From: Desulfosudaceae bacterium
GTDB lineage: Bacteria > Desulfobacterota > Desulfobacteria > Desulfobacterales > Desulfosudaceae
Assembly: GCA_963674745.2 (NCBI GenBank)
Contig: CAXXDV010000003.1
Location: 480,001-544,000 of the forward strand
Length of the DNA stretch: 64,000 nt
Direction of reading: 5' to 3'
Below, in pieces: positions 52,558 through 63,765 of the stretch (positions are counted from its first letter, which is position 1; each line of letters begins with the position of its first letter). A program made the translations under genes and the position numbers. The notes under the pieces were generated by a model. That model did no database searches and was not told the origin of the DNA. It saw only the letters and a program-made list of their open reading frames with translations.

Positions 52558-53340
52558 GTAGGGGCAACCCCCTGTGGTTGCCCTCCACCGGGCAGGCACG
52601 GGGGCCTGCCCCTACAATTGTTGCGAACGTCCCCAAACCCGAACCCGAACCGCGCCCCTCAACCCCCGTAGGGGCGACCGGCGGGTCGCCCTCTCACTCA
52701 AACCCGACTTTTCCCCCCTCCCGCGAAGCGGGCCCCCACCCGCCGCGCCTGCGACCTCGAACCCCGCCCACCCATACACGCCTGTACGATCTTTAGAAGG
52801 CAGAACACCTGGAACGTCAACACATGTAGGGGCAACCCCCTGTGGTTGCCCTCCACCGGGCAGGCACGGGGGCCTGCCCCTACAATTATTGCGAACGTCC
52901 CCAAACCCGAACCCGAACCGCGCCCCTCAACCCCCGTAGGGGCGACCGGCGGGTCGCCCTCTCACTCAAACCCGACTTTTCCCCCCTCCCGCGAAGCGGG
53001 CCCCCACCCGCCGCGCCTGCGACCTCGAACCCCGCCCACCCATACACGCCTGTACGATCTTTAGAAGGCAGAACACCTGGAACGTCAACACATGTAGGGG
53101 CAACCCCCTGTGGTTGCCCTCCACCGGGCAGGCACGGGGGCCTGCCCCTACAATTGTTGCGAACGCCTCGCCCCCGAACCCCGAACCCCGACCCCCGAAC
53201 CGCGCCCCTCAACCCCCGTAGGGGCGAACGGCGGGTCGCCCACTCACTCAAACCCCGAACCTCCCCCCGCGTAGCGGCCCTCCACCCCCCGCGCCTGACA
53301 CCCTAAAACTCTAAAACCCTAAAACCCCCGCGCAGCGGGC
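52558..53340. repeat. Tandem 268-bp REP-containing repeat (two full units plus one diverged partial)
   Basis: GTAGGGGCAACCCCC starts at 52558, 52826 and 53094, and the intervening sequence is near-identical. Confidence 0.93.
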
Positions 53341-53410
53341 CCACTATTTCATTTGCCCCCACATTCAACTTGGGCTATCCTAAAAAATTAAAAAAAATGG
53401 AAACCACCCA

Positions 53411-54256
53411 ATGACGGTAAAATGCCCCAAATGCAAAGCCGTTCAGGGCGATACAACGCAATGCAGATTCTGCGGTACGGATTTTAATCAAAAACCGGAC
53501 GGATCCCTGCCGCAAAACCCTGTCGTCCTCGAACTGGTTAAATTTTACCTGAAACTGGCTCAAATTTATCAAAAAATAGCCGCTTTCCCGCCGGCTTTTA
53601 AAAAGCGTTGGCTGGCCCAGGTTGACCGGCTGTCCGCAAAGATCGGTATCGACCTTGCGGCGGTCTTTAATGCCGCCTGGCAAACCGTCCGGTCCTGGTT
53701 CCGGGACGTGCTCGACCTTATCGCCACCATACTGGTCTGCGCCTTCTTTGCCTGGGTCATCTGTGTCGTCCTGCTGTCCATCAGCGAGGGGCTGTGGGCC
53801 CTTTACCTGGAAACCCAGGTCGGACAACAGTTTCTGCTGCATTTTCCTTTTCGGGCCCGCGCCATCGCCAGAATCGTCTATGGCGATCCGGTCGGGTTTT
53901 CTTACCAGTTGTGCCTGATCAGCGTCAAAGCCTGCCTGGTCGTGGCCGCCGTCGCCCGGGTGTCTTATCTCGCCCGCGTCCTGTACGAAAACAGGATGGT
54001 GCCTATCAGGGTCATCCTCTGGGTCCCTGCCTGCGCCGCCGCCGCTGCCTGGATTTTTCTTCACGAACAGGGCCTCCAGTTCCAGATCGGCCTGGCCATC
54101 ACCCCCCTGCCCATCCTGTTCCTGTTTCACCCCTGCTTTGAACTGGCCGCTAAATGCCTGCCCGAAGCCAACCTGCGCCGGGTCTTCCAACTCACCAAAC
54201 GGCTGATCAAACACGCCTGGCGAAAAACCAAGACCTACTTCAAACCCAATCTTTAA
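53411..54256 (+). CDS. Hypothetical membrane protein with an N-terminal zinc ribbon
   Basis: CPKC..CRFC followed by about 4 TM segments; its duplicated 3' half differs mostly at synonymous sites, which supports this frame as coding. Confidence 0.75.
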   Translation: MTVKCPKCKAVQGDTTQCRFCGTDFNQKPDGSLPQNPVVLELVKFYLKLAQIYQKIAAFPPAFKKRWLAQVDRLSAKIGIDLAAVFNAAWQTVRSWFRDVLDLIATILVCAFFAWVICVVLLSISEGLWALYLETQVGQQFLLHFPFRARAIARIVYGDPVGFSYQLCLISVKACLVVAAVARVSYLARVLYENRMVPIRVILWVPACAAAAAWIFLHEQGLQFQIGLAITPLPILFLFHPCFELAAKCLPEANLRRVFQLTKRLIKHAWRKTKTYFKPNL

Positions 54257-54264
54257 ATATCCCT

Positions 54265-54570
54265 CAAACCCCAACCCTCACGGCACCCATCTGTAGGGGC
54301 ACGGCGTGCCGTGCCCTTTTGTGCCCCCCCCGCATACGCACCCCCTGTAGGGGCGACCGGCTGGTCGCCCCCAATCTCGAACCTCGAACTCCCCCCGCCC
54401 GCGAAGCGTGCCTCTATCCTCCGCACGTCATTCCGGCGAACGCCGGAATCCAGATCTGCCGCCCAACCAGGCACATCTGTACAATACCTGCTAAGCCAGT
54501 CAGCCCCCCCGCCGCCTTAATCACATAACCACTTAACCACTTTCCCCTAAAACCGCCCGCGCAGCGGGCA
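54265..54570. repeat. REP cluster
   Basis: Two GTAG REPs, CGTCATTCCGGCGAACGCCGGAATCCAG, octamers and GCCCGCGCAGCGGGC. Confidence 0.85.
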
Positions 54571-54627
54571 TAAATTCTATTCCCATTTACGATGTTTTAC
54601 GATATATTATTAATTTAACTTCAGTAG

Positions 54628-55708
<1,081 letters not shown>

Positions 55709-56779
55709 ATGGGAAAACGAATCCTAACCATCATCGGCGCACGTCCGCAATTCATAAAAGCTTCAGCGGTCAGCCGCGAACTGCAAAAAATCGGTGATGA
55801 ACTGATCGTTCATACCGGTCAGCACTATGACGACAATATGTCCCGGATTTTCTTTGACGAACTGAAAATTCCAAGGCCGGACTACAACCTGGGCATTGGC
55901 TCCGGAGGCCATGGGGCACAGACCGGAGCGATGCTGGCAGCCATTGAGGACGTTCTGCAAAAAGAGCGGCCGGACCGGGTACTCGTATATGGCGACACCA
56001 ATTCCACCCTGGCCGGAGCCTTGGCCGCCGCCAAACTCCATATTCCGGTGGCGCATGTAGAGGCAGGGCTACGCAGCTTCAACCGTCACATGCCGGAAGA
56101 AATCAACCGGGTGGTAACAGATCATCTGTCCGATATTCTGTTCTGTCCCAGTCAAACCGCAATAAATAACCTGGCTGCCGAAGGTATTACCAGAGGCGTT
56201 CATCTGGTGGGTGATGTCATGTATGAAGCATTGATGCACGCCGTTGCCATCGCGAAAAGACAATCAGACATACTGGAGCGTATGGATTTGCATGACGGTG
56301 GCTATATCCTGGCTACTGTCCATCGTGCCGAAAATACCGATCAACCGGACAGATTAAAAAAAATAATTGAGGCGCTTTACGAGATTTCACAAACGCATAC
56401 GGTGGTATTCCCCGTCCATCCACGCACGCGGAATAAGTTGAAAGAGTTGCCGGACGCTCTTGCGTCGGCCATCAACAGTACCCTGAGCATGATTGAACCG
56501 GTCGGCTATCTGGATATGGTAAGACTGGAAAGTGGAGCAAAAATGATTATGACCGACTCCGGAGGTATTCAGAAGGAGGCCTATTGGCTTAACGTGCCCT
56601 GTGTGACTCTGCGTGAGGAGACCGAATGGGTAGAAACCGTGGAGCAGGGCTGGAACGTACTGGTCGGCACTGACCACGACCGGATATTAGCCGGGATGGC
56701 CGCCCGGACCAAGCCAGATGGATTTATTGATGACTATAACGGCAAGGGCAGCGTATCGCGTCTGGTGCAAGCCCTTTGA
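55709..56779 (+). CDS. wecB: UDP-N-acetylglucosamine 2-epimerase, non-hydrolysing (WecB/WbpI family)
   Basis: GARPQFIK, HTGQHYD, GDTNST, HVEAGLRS and TDSGGIQKEA motifs. Confidence 0.93.
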   Translation: MGKRILTIIGARPQFIKASAVSRELQKIGDELIVHTGQHYDDNMSRIFFDELKIPRPDYNLGIGSGGHGAQTGAMLAAIEDVLQKERPDRVLVYGDTNSTLAGALAAAKLHIPVAHVEAGLRSFNRHMPEEINRVVTDHLSDILFCPSQTAINNLAAEGITRGVHLVGDVMYEALMHAVAIAKRQSDILERMDLHDGGYILATVHRAENTDQPDRLKKIIEALYEISQTHTVVFPVHPRTRNKLKELPDALASAINSTLSMIEPVGYLDMVRLESGAKMIMTDSGGIQKEAYWLNVPCVTLREETEWVETVEQGWNVLVGTDHDRILAGMAARTKPDGFIDDYNGKGSVSRLVQAL

Positions 56780-56899
56780 TTTTAAGATATTAATAAACGA
56801 TCGGCACGATGCTGCTGATATTTATCAGTATCCGGAATTGGGCTGGATCTCTGTAATTAATGTTTTGAAAATTATGTGGCACCTTTCTACTAGCGAATA

Positions 56900-57301
56900 A
56901 TGGCTCAATCTCGTTCGACAAAAGTAATCATCCTATCCTCTGGACAGGCACTTACAGCCCTTGTCTTTCTTGTTAGTGCTTCAATCCTGACGCGTATTTT
57001 ATCGCAAGCGGATTTTGGAACCTATAGGCAGGTGATTGCTTGCCTATGCCTTTGCTGTACCTTTTGTGCTTCTTGGTTTTGACCGGGCTTTATTCGCATT
57101 CCTGCCCGGTGAGGAAGAGAGGCCACGCGGTCTCTTAGTAGAAAACCTTTTACTGCTGACAGTCGCCGGCGGCATCCTTTCCTTGTTTATTGTTTTTGGC
57201 GGCGGCCATTTTCTGGCAAAAAGGTTCAACAATCCGGCTTTAGCGCCATTGCTGTCGCTAATGGTCTTGTATCCTCTTTTTATGTTGCCGGCTTCTGCCT
57301 T
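56900..57301 (+). pseudogene. Truncated Wzx-type oligosaccharide flippase (N-terminal ~130 aa, +1 frameshift near 57036)
   Basis: ILTRILSQADFGTYRQ..LLGFDRALFAFLP..LAKRFNNP; breaks off into the duplicated sequence at ~57302. Confidence 0.75.
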
Positions 57302-57810
57302 GTCGGCCAGCAGTTTCTGCTGCATTTTCCTTTTCGGGCCCGTGCCATCGCCAGAATCGTCTATGGCGATCCGGTCGGGTTTTCTTACCAGCTGTGCCTG
57401 ATCAGCGTCAAAGCCTGCCTGGTCGTGGCCGCCGTCGCCCGGGTGTCTTATCTCGCCCGCGTCCTGTACGAAAACAGGATGGTGCCTATCAGGGTCATCC
57501 TCTGGGTCCCTGCCTGCGCGGCCGCCGCTGCCTGGATTTTTCTTCACGAACAGGGCCTCCAGTTCCAGATCGGCCTGGCCATCACCCCCCTGCCCATCCT
57601 GTTCCTGTTTCACCCCTGCTTTGAACTGGCCGCTAAATGCCTGCCCGAAGCCAACCTGCGCCGGGTCTTCCAACTCACCAAACGGCTCATCAAACACGCC
57701 TGGCGTAAAACCAAAGCCTACTTCAAAGCCAATCTTTAAATATCCCTCAAACCCCAACCCTCGCAGCACTCATTTGTAGGGGCACGGCGTGCCGTGCCCT
57801 TTTGTGCCCC
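57302..57810 (+). repeat. Direct repeat of 53819-54325 (3' half of the hypothetical gene plus the following REP)
   Basis: Near-identical sequence with about ten substitutions in the coding part, mostly synonymous. Confidence 0.92.
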
Positions 57811-57983
57811 CTGTAGGGGCGACCGGCGGGTCGCCCACTCACTCAAACCCGAGTTCTCCTCCCGCGTAGCGGGCCCCCACCCGCCGCGCCTGCAACTCTA
57901 AAACCTTAATCACCCTTCCCCCATTTCCCCAAATGTGTTAATAACGTGTCAAACCGCAACAAATCAATCGAAGGAGAAAAAAC

Positions 57984-58499
57984 ATGAAGGGTTACGTCCA
58001 AATATACACGGGCGACGGCAAAGGCAAAACCACCGCCGCCCTGGGCCTGTCCCTGCGGGCCGTCGGCGCCGGCCTGCGCGTCTTTATCTGCCAGTTCATG
58101 AAATCCGGCGACTACAGCGAAATAAAGGCCTTAAAATACTTTTCCGACCTGATAACCGTAGAACAGTTCGGCACCGGCCACTTTGTCAGAAACAAACCCT
58201 CCGCGGAAGAAATGGCAGCCGGCCAGAAAGGCCTGGCCCGCCTCAAACAAGCCATAACCTCCGGCAACTATGACGTCGTCATTGCAGAAGAAGCCAACGT
58301 CGCCGTCTCCTGCGGCCTGTTCCCGGCCGCCGAACTCATCCACATCATCGACACCAAACCCGAAAACGTGGAGCTGGTCATTACCGGCCGCGGCGCTGCC
58401 CCCGAAGTCATCCAACGCGCAGACCTGGTCACCGAAATGAAAGCCGTCAAACACTACTACAAAAACGGTGTTCAGGCCAGGGTGGGCATAGAAAAATAG
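57984..58499 (+). CDS. cobO: Cob(I)alamin adenosyltransferase (CobO/BtuR)
   Basis: YTGDGKGKTTAALG, QFMK, ELVITGR and ADLVTEM..KH motifs; AAGGAG SD. Confidence 0.93.
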   Translation: MKGYVQIYTGDGKGKTTAALGLSLRAVGAGLRVFICQFMKSGDYSEIKALKYFSDLITVEQFGTGHFVRNKPSAEEMAAGQKGLARLKQAITSGNYDVVIAEEANVAVSCGLFPAAELIHIIDTKPENVELVITGRGAAPEVIQRADLVTEMKAVKHYYKNGVQARVGIEK

Positions 58500-58682
58500 A
58501 TTTTGGTTCCCCATCATTCCGGCGAAGGCCGGAACCCGTTTCTGCGAACACCAACAAAAGACTGTACATTTTCTGCAAAGCCAGCCAATAAACCCGATAC
58601 CTGGAACCTTAAACCAAAAACCGTCTTTATCAAAAAGACAAAAATATATTGACTTGTCTTCCATAAAGATATAGAAAAACAT

Positions 58683-59987
58683 ATGCAAACCATTCTGGAA
58701 CAACTTATCGCCGATTTTCATGAACGCGAATTACCTTCCTTGACACTACGTCAAACGGATTTACCCTGGCTGCCGGGAAAGATCGATGCGGTAATCGGTA
58801 TGCGTCGCTCCGGTAAAACCTGGTTTTTATATCAGCATATGAAACGTTTGATTGATGCGGGCGTGTCCCGGGAATGCCTGTTGTATTTGAATTTTGAAGA
58901 TGAACGACTGCTGCCGATGACAACATCCGACCTTCAGCAGATTACAATGGCGTTTTATCGCCGTAATCCGCATTTGAAAAGCCGGGAATGCGTTTATTTT
59001 TTTGATGAAATTCAGAATATTCAAGGCTGGGAACAATTTCTACGCCGCCTGCTGGATACGGAAAAAGCCCATATCTGCCTGACCGGCTCATCGGCCAAAC
59101 TTCTGAGTACTGAAATCGCCACCAGTCTTCGCGGTAGATCTCTGGCGACAGAAATATTCCCTTTCAGTTTTGCCGAATCCCTGGAACATGCCGGCATTGG
59201 GCAGAAAGACACAAAACCACCGGGCGCAAAACGGCGGGCCCTGCTGGAAAACCGGTTTCAGGCTTATTTGACCACCGGCGGGTTCCCTGAAGTCCAGGAG
59301 ATTGAGGCACACTATCGCACCGGCATATTACAGAATTATCTGGATGTGGTCGTTTTGCGGGACCTGATTGAACGCCATAACATTTCAAGCGTGGTCCCTT
59401 TGCGATATATGATCCGGCACCTGCTGAACGCGCCGGCCGGCCTTTTCAGCGTCCAGAAGTTTTACAATGATTTGCGATCACAAGGTATTCCCTGCGGCAA
59501 AAACACCCTGCACGAATTTTTGGATTACCTGACCGATGCCTATCTTTTTTTCCAGGTTTATATCCATGCGGACTCCCCACGTGCCCGTATGGTAAACCCC
59601 AGAAAAATCTATGCCATTGATACCGGCCTGGTAAGGGCCTGCTCTCGCAAGACGACTCCGGACTGGGGCCACCTGCTGGAAAATTTTGTATTCATGGAAC
59701 TTCGCCGTCAAAAAGTCGGCATAGAATATTATCGAACGCAAAAGGGCAGGGAAGTTGATTTTTATATCACCACTGCTGACGGCACAGAACACTTGATCCA
59801 GGTGGCGGCTGAGCTCGGTGATCAAAAGACAATCCAGCGTGAAACGACCGCTTTAAACGAAGCCATGGCAGAATGCGGACATTCAAAGGCCACGATTCTC
59901 ACTTTTGCCACGGAAGATCACCTGACAACAGCCTCAGGACAAATCCATGTGCTGCCGGCCTGGAAATGGGCCTTGAAAATAGCATGA
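58683..59987 (+). CDS. AAA+ ATPase with a C-terminal DUF4143 (PD-(D/E)XK-like) domain
   Basis: GMRRSGKT, FDEIQ, TGSSA, GGFPE, KIYAIDTG, LENFV and EVDF motifs. Confidence 0.9.
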   Translation: MQTILEQLIADFHERELPSLTLRQTDLPWLPGKIDAVIGMRRSGKTWFLYQHMKRLIDAGVSRECLLYLNFEDERLLPMTTSDLQQITMAFYRRNPHLKSRECVYFFDEIQNIQGWEQFLRRLLDTEKAHICLTGSSAKLLSTEIATSLRGRSLATEIFPFSFAESLEHAGIGQKDTKPPGAKRRALLENRFQAYLTTGGFPEVQEIEAHYRTGILQNYLDVVVLRDLIERHNISSVVPLRYMIRHLLNAPAGLFSVQKFYNDLRSQGIPCGKNTLHEFLDYLTDAYLFFQVYIHADSPRARMVNPRKIYAIDTGLVRACSRKTTPDWGHLLENFVFMELRRQKVGIEYYRTQKGREVDFYITTADGTEHLIQVAAELGDQKTIQRETTALNEAMAECGHSKATILTFATEDHLTTASGQIHVLPAWKWALKIA

Positions 59988-60033
59988 TAACCAACCTTGA
60001 CCCGAACCCAAAATCGGATTCCATTATTATTTT

Positions 60034-60062
60034 TTGACCAAAATTGACTATTGTGGTATATT
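60034..60062 (+). promoter_or_regulatory. Sigma70-type promoter candidate for the wzm operon
   Basis: TTGACC-17 bp-TATATT with an extended TG. Confidence 0.45.
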
Positions 60063-60184
60063 ATTATGCTAAATTAAATCTTTTGAAGTGCTTTTAAGGG
60101 GAATGGGATTCGTTTTTGTCGCAGGTGGGCACTGATCAAAAAGGTGGATAAGTAGGATGTCTCACCGGTGCTGCTGTCTGCGAT

Positions 60185-60205
60185 TGTAACCAAAGGGGCG
60201 GAGCT
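60185..60205 (+). promoter_or_regulatory. ops/JUMPstart-like element
   Basis: TGTAACCAAAGGGGCGGAGCT, 33 nt before the wzm ATG. Confidence 0.7.
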
Positions 60206-60238
60206 ATATTGTTTATACAATAAAAGGTTATTATTTTA

Positions 60239-61066
60239 ATGGAATTTGATCGAATCATAAAACCCAAAAAAGGCCTTATTCCTGTCGATTTTCGAGAGCT
60301 ATGGCAATACAGGGAGCTTTTTTTGTTTTTGGCTTGGAAGGAGATCATAATTCGCTACAAACAGACAGCACTGGGTATTCTTTGGGCATTGATTCAACCC
60401 TTGTTGACCATGATTGTGTTTACTTTTATTTTTGGGTCACTTGCGGGGTTTTCGGAAGATACGGATGTGCCCTATGCTGTAATAACTTTGGCCGGGGTTG
60501 TCCCTTGGCAGTTCTTTTCCAGTGCCATGAATTCCAGCGGCTTATCACTTGTATCTCAAGGCAGTCTGATTACAAAAGTATATTTTCCTCGATTGATTTT
60601 ACCTGTGTCCTATATTATCTCTGCCGCAATCGATTTAGCCATTTCAATGTGCGTTTTATTTATCTTGATGTGGTTGTTTGGCATCGTCTTTTCCCCCATG
60701 TTGATCATGCTGCCGCTTTTTCTGCTCATCGGTGCCTTGGCCGCATTGGGTATGGGCTTATGGTTTAGCGCATTAAATGTTAAATACAGGGATGTCAAAC
60801 ATATTATCCCGTTTTTAGTTAAATTGGGGCTTTACATCAGCCCGGTCGGGTTCTTATCAACCAAAATTCCAGAAAATTATCATTTCTGGTACAGTCTGAA
60901 TCCCATGGTCGGCGTTATTGATGGTTTCCGTTGGTGCATTTTGGGCCAGGAATTTGCGCCTTATTGGCCTGGATTGTGGGTCAGCATTTCTGTTGTTATT
61001 GTCCTGCTAATCAGTGGCGTTTACTATTTTCGTTATGTGGAACGCGGTTTCGCCGATGTGGTTTAG
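60239..61066 (+). CDS. wzm: Polysaccharide ABC transporter permease
   Basis: RYKQTALGILWA..QP, KVYFPR, YRDV and LNPM motifs. Confidence 0.93.
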   Translation: MEFDRIIKPKKGLIPVDFRELWQYRELFLFLAWKEIIIRYKQTALGILWALIQPLLTMIVFTFIFGSLAGFSEDTDVPYAVITLAGVVPWQFFSSAMNSSGLSLVSQGSLITKVYFPRLILPVSYIISAAIDLAISMCVLFILMWLFGIVFSPMLIMLPLFLLIGALAALGMGLWFSALNVKYRDVKHIIPFLVKLGLYISPVGFLSTKIPENYHFWYSLNPMVGVIDGFRWCILGQEFAPYWPGLWVSISVVIVLLISGVYYFRYVERGFADVV

Positions 61067-61088
61067 TCCGCGATAAAAGGGAACCATT

Positions 61089-62354
61089 GTGGATATGAGC
61101 CAAAATGTCATTAGTGTAAGCAATCTCGGAAAACGATATGATCTCGGAGCGACACTTTCTCCTGATACTTTACGAGACCATATTGTGTCAATGGCTTCCC
61201 GGCTTGTGGGGAGTAAAAGAGACATGGCAACGCTCACGGAGCAGAAAGAGTTTTGGGCGCTGAAAGACATTTCCTTTGATGTCGCAAAAGGAGAGATCCT
61301 TGGTTTGATCGGCCCTAATGGCGCCGGTAAATCAACACTGTTGAAAATATTGACTGGTATTACGGAGCCTACGGAAGGCGAGATAAAAATCAAGGGCAGG
61401 GTATCGAGTCTGTTGGAAGTGGGGACGGGTTTCCATCCGGAATTAAGCGGTCGGGAAAATATATTCTTAAATGGTGCCATTCTCGGCATGAAACGATCGG
61501 AAATAAAATCAAAGTTCGATGAGATTGTCGCTTTTGCCGAAGTTGAGCGTTTTATCGATACCCCGGTCAAACGTTATTCCAGTGGAATGCGGGTGCGTCT
61601 CGGTTTTGCCGTAGCCGCGCATTTGGAGCCGGAAATTCTTTTAATTGACGAGGTGTTAGCCGTCGGAGATTTTAAATTTCAGGAAAAGTGCATTGGTAAA
61701 ATGCAAGAAGTTTCGGAAGCTGGCAGAACTATCATATTCGTGAGCCACCAGATGCCGGCAGTTCGTCGATTCTGTACCCGATGTGTTTTATTGAAAAACG
61801 GCAGCGTTGTTATGAATGGCAATACAGATGAGGTTGTAACTAATTACCTTTCCGACGATAATACCGACCAAATTTATAAACTTAGCAAAACGCCGCCTTT
61901 AGGTGAGTTGTCTCTTTTTGATTATGGCGTTTTAAATAAACAAGGCGAAAGGGTCAATGATATAAACTTTTTAGAACAGTTCGATCTGTTTTTTGATCTC
62001 GCGGCTCCAGGGCTTCAGGCTGAAAGCGCTTTTGTAGTCAGGTTTTATAACGCTGAAGGGATAAGGGTCGCCAGTGTTGGAAACCGACCTTATGGGTTTT
62101 CCTGGATAAAATATAAAGAAAGATTTCGTCTCATTATCAAGATAAATCAAAATATCCTCTCCCCTGGTGATTATATACTGGACCTGGAAATAGGCCCTCC
62201 GTTGATGCCGCGACATGTTAAATATGAAAAATTAAAAGGGGTTACCATAAATGAAAAAATCATTTTGAAGGGTTCTCAACCATACACATCTGCGCATGGA
62301 ACATCTTTTCTCGATGCCGAGATTCAAGTGATCGAAATAAATGATCATGAGTAA
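61089..62354 (+). CDS. wzt: Polysaccharide ABC transporter ATPase with a C-terminal carbohydrate-binding extension
   Basis: GPNGAGKST, YSSGM and IDEVLAVGD motifs; ~170-aa C-terminal domain. Confidence 0.93.
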   Translation: MDMSQNVISVSNLGKRYDLGATLSPDTLRDHIVSMASRLVGSKRDMATLTEQKEFWALKDISFDVAKGEILGLIGPNGAGKSTLLKILTGITEPTEGEIKIKGRVSSLLEVGTGFHPELSGRENIFLNGAILGMKRSEIKSKFDEIVAFAEVERFIDTPVKRYSSGMRVRLGFAVAAHLEPEILLIDEVLAVGDFKFQEKCIGKMQEVSEAGRTIIFVSHQMPAVRRFCTRCVLLKNGSVVMNGNTDEVVTNYLSDDNTDQIYKLSKTPPLGELSLFDYGVLNKQGERVNDINFLEQFDLFFDLAAPGLQAESAFVVRFYNAEGIRVASVGNRPYGFSWIKYKERFRLIIKINQNILSPGDYILDLEIGPPLMPRHVKYEKLKGVTINEKIILKGSQPYTSAHGTSFLDAEIQVIEINDHE

Positions 62355-63294
62355 CAACCAAGATCCTACAATCCTTTATATTTCCAGCGCAAACCGTTCA
62401 GGGTCGACTCTTGTTGAACGACTGTTAGGGAATCATTCGCAGATTTTTTCAATAGGTGAGCTTCGTAATCTTAGAGGTTATCTGACAGATGATAGAAGCT
62501 TTTTTGATCCTGTCTATCCTTTGAAATGTTTCTGCGGCGAAAATATAAGAGAGTGCAATTTTTGGAATGAAGTCTTCCGGGTTGTTGATAGCCCTATAGA
62601 AAATATGTCGTTTAATTTCAGCTTCACACTGAAAAGGCCAAGAAAAAACGAGGCTGACCGCCTCAGGAGGAAGTTTGAGAAAAGTTTTTTCGAAAAACAC
62701 CCGGAGTGGTTTTCGAACAGGGCCATGCAGATTGCAATGGGAAATTCGTCGATCGCAGAGAACTGTTTTAAGCTTTATCGCGCAGTAGCAAGTGTAAGTG
62801 GGAAAAAAATATTAATAGATTCCTCAAAACTGGCTCACAGGTGTTACGCGCTTTATTGCAAATCACCGGACAGGATAAAAGCTATAGAGCTTTATCGACA
62901 TCCTTTAGGCGTGGCCAGTTCAATGAAGAAAAGAAACGTTCCGATAGAGAAGGCGGCTCGAGATTGGCGTCAGGCATATATAACAAATCAGATATTTTTT
63001 CGTAAGATACCTCAACAACAAAGAATAACCATGAAGTATGAAGATTTATGCCTCGATACGCAAAATCAGCTTAAGCGTATTTGCGATTTTCTTAATGTGG
63101 AATATGAAAAGGAGATGGTTTTGAATAAACGGGTTTATAAACGGCATAGTATCGGGGGAAGCCCATCTCAATATGAGGATAGTGCCTTTGAAGTGGTTGA
63201 CAAGGAAGAGTATCGGCGCGACTTATCCGAAGAGGAGCAAAGAAGAGTGCTCTCTATGGTAGGCCCAATCGCCTCAAAGTTTGGATATGGTTAA
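62341..63294 (+). CDS. PAPS-dependent sulfotransferase
   Basis: 5'-PSB-like SANRSGST, DSSK, 3'-PB-like R.P..V.SS, and KYEDL. Confidence 0.85.
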   Translation: MIMSNNQDPTILYISSANRSGSTLVERLLGNHSQIFSIGELRNLRGYLTDDRSFFDPVYPLKCFCGENIRECNFWNEVFRVVDSPIENMSFNFSFTLKRPRKNEADRLRRKFEKSFFEKHPEWFSNRAMQIAMGNSSIAENCFKLYRAVASVSGKKILIDSSKLAHRCYALYCKSPDRIKAIELYRHPLGVASSMKKRNVPIEKAARDWRQAYITNQIFFRKIPQQQRITMKYEDLCLDTQNQLKRICDFLNVEYEKEMVLNKRVYKRHSIGGSPSQYEDSAFEVVDKEEYRRDLSEEEQRRVLSMVGPIASKFGYG

Positions 63295-63765
63295 GAATGA
63301 TGGTTACACATAACAAGGGATGACGAGTATTCATAACGGCCATGAAACATGGCACTGTACTTTGGATGCATTAAAGAGATGCTTGTTTATGGCGGTTTCA
63401 ACGTTCTTGATGAGAGAATGCCGCCTTTCTAAAACGCAAACGATTCCCTTAGCACTTTGCCTATGGAGAAGCTTTATAGGCTCATGACAAGCTGATGAAA
63501 AGATGGGGCAAAAACAGCAACAATCCATTTACTAATAAGTCGGGTATTCTCTAGACATAAAAATGCAATTACAAAATATAAAAAGTTTTGATAATGGGGT
63601 GCCACAAGGATTATTGGCCTTGCTTTATGTCTAAAGAATTATAGACCCACACTCGTGTCCAAAATACTCTAAAAACACCGATCTTATTGTCGTAACTATT
63701 TGAAATTATTTAACCGCAATTCTTTTTCCAAAAACAGGTTGTCCTTTCCACTGATGCTGTCCAAT

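Noticed and set aside
52434..53306. ORFs with VGATGGSP, RGTACRA or GCPSPGRHGGLPL peptides, here and in other intergenic regions
   Set aside because: They are translations of REP sequences in several frames, with no independent coding evidence.
52558..53340. Possible CRISPR array
   Set aside because: The spacers are identical and the period is 268 bp. The repeats are REP palindromes and no cas genes are present.
53375..54274. 299-aa minus-strand ORF (and 57044-57769)
   Set aside because: These are antisense shadows. Differences between the two copies are mostly synonymous in the plus-strand frame.
57984..58499. cobO as part of the B12-rSAM system
   Set aside because: It lies more than 22 kb away in a different context, and class B rSAMs are not known to need adenosylcobalamin.
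63720..63765. Exact IS4 terminal inverted repeat and target duplication
   Set aside because: The other end is outside the window, so the boundary cannot be confirmed.
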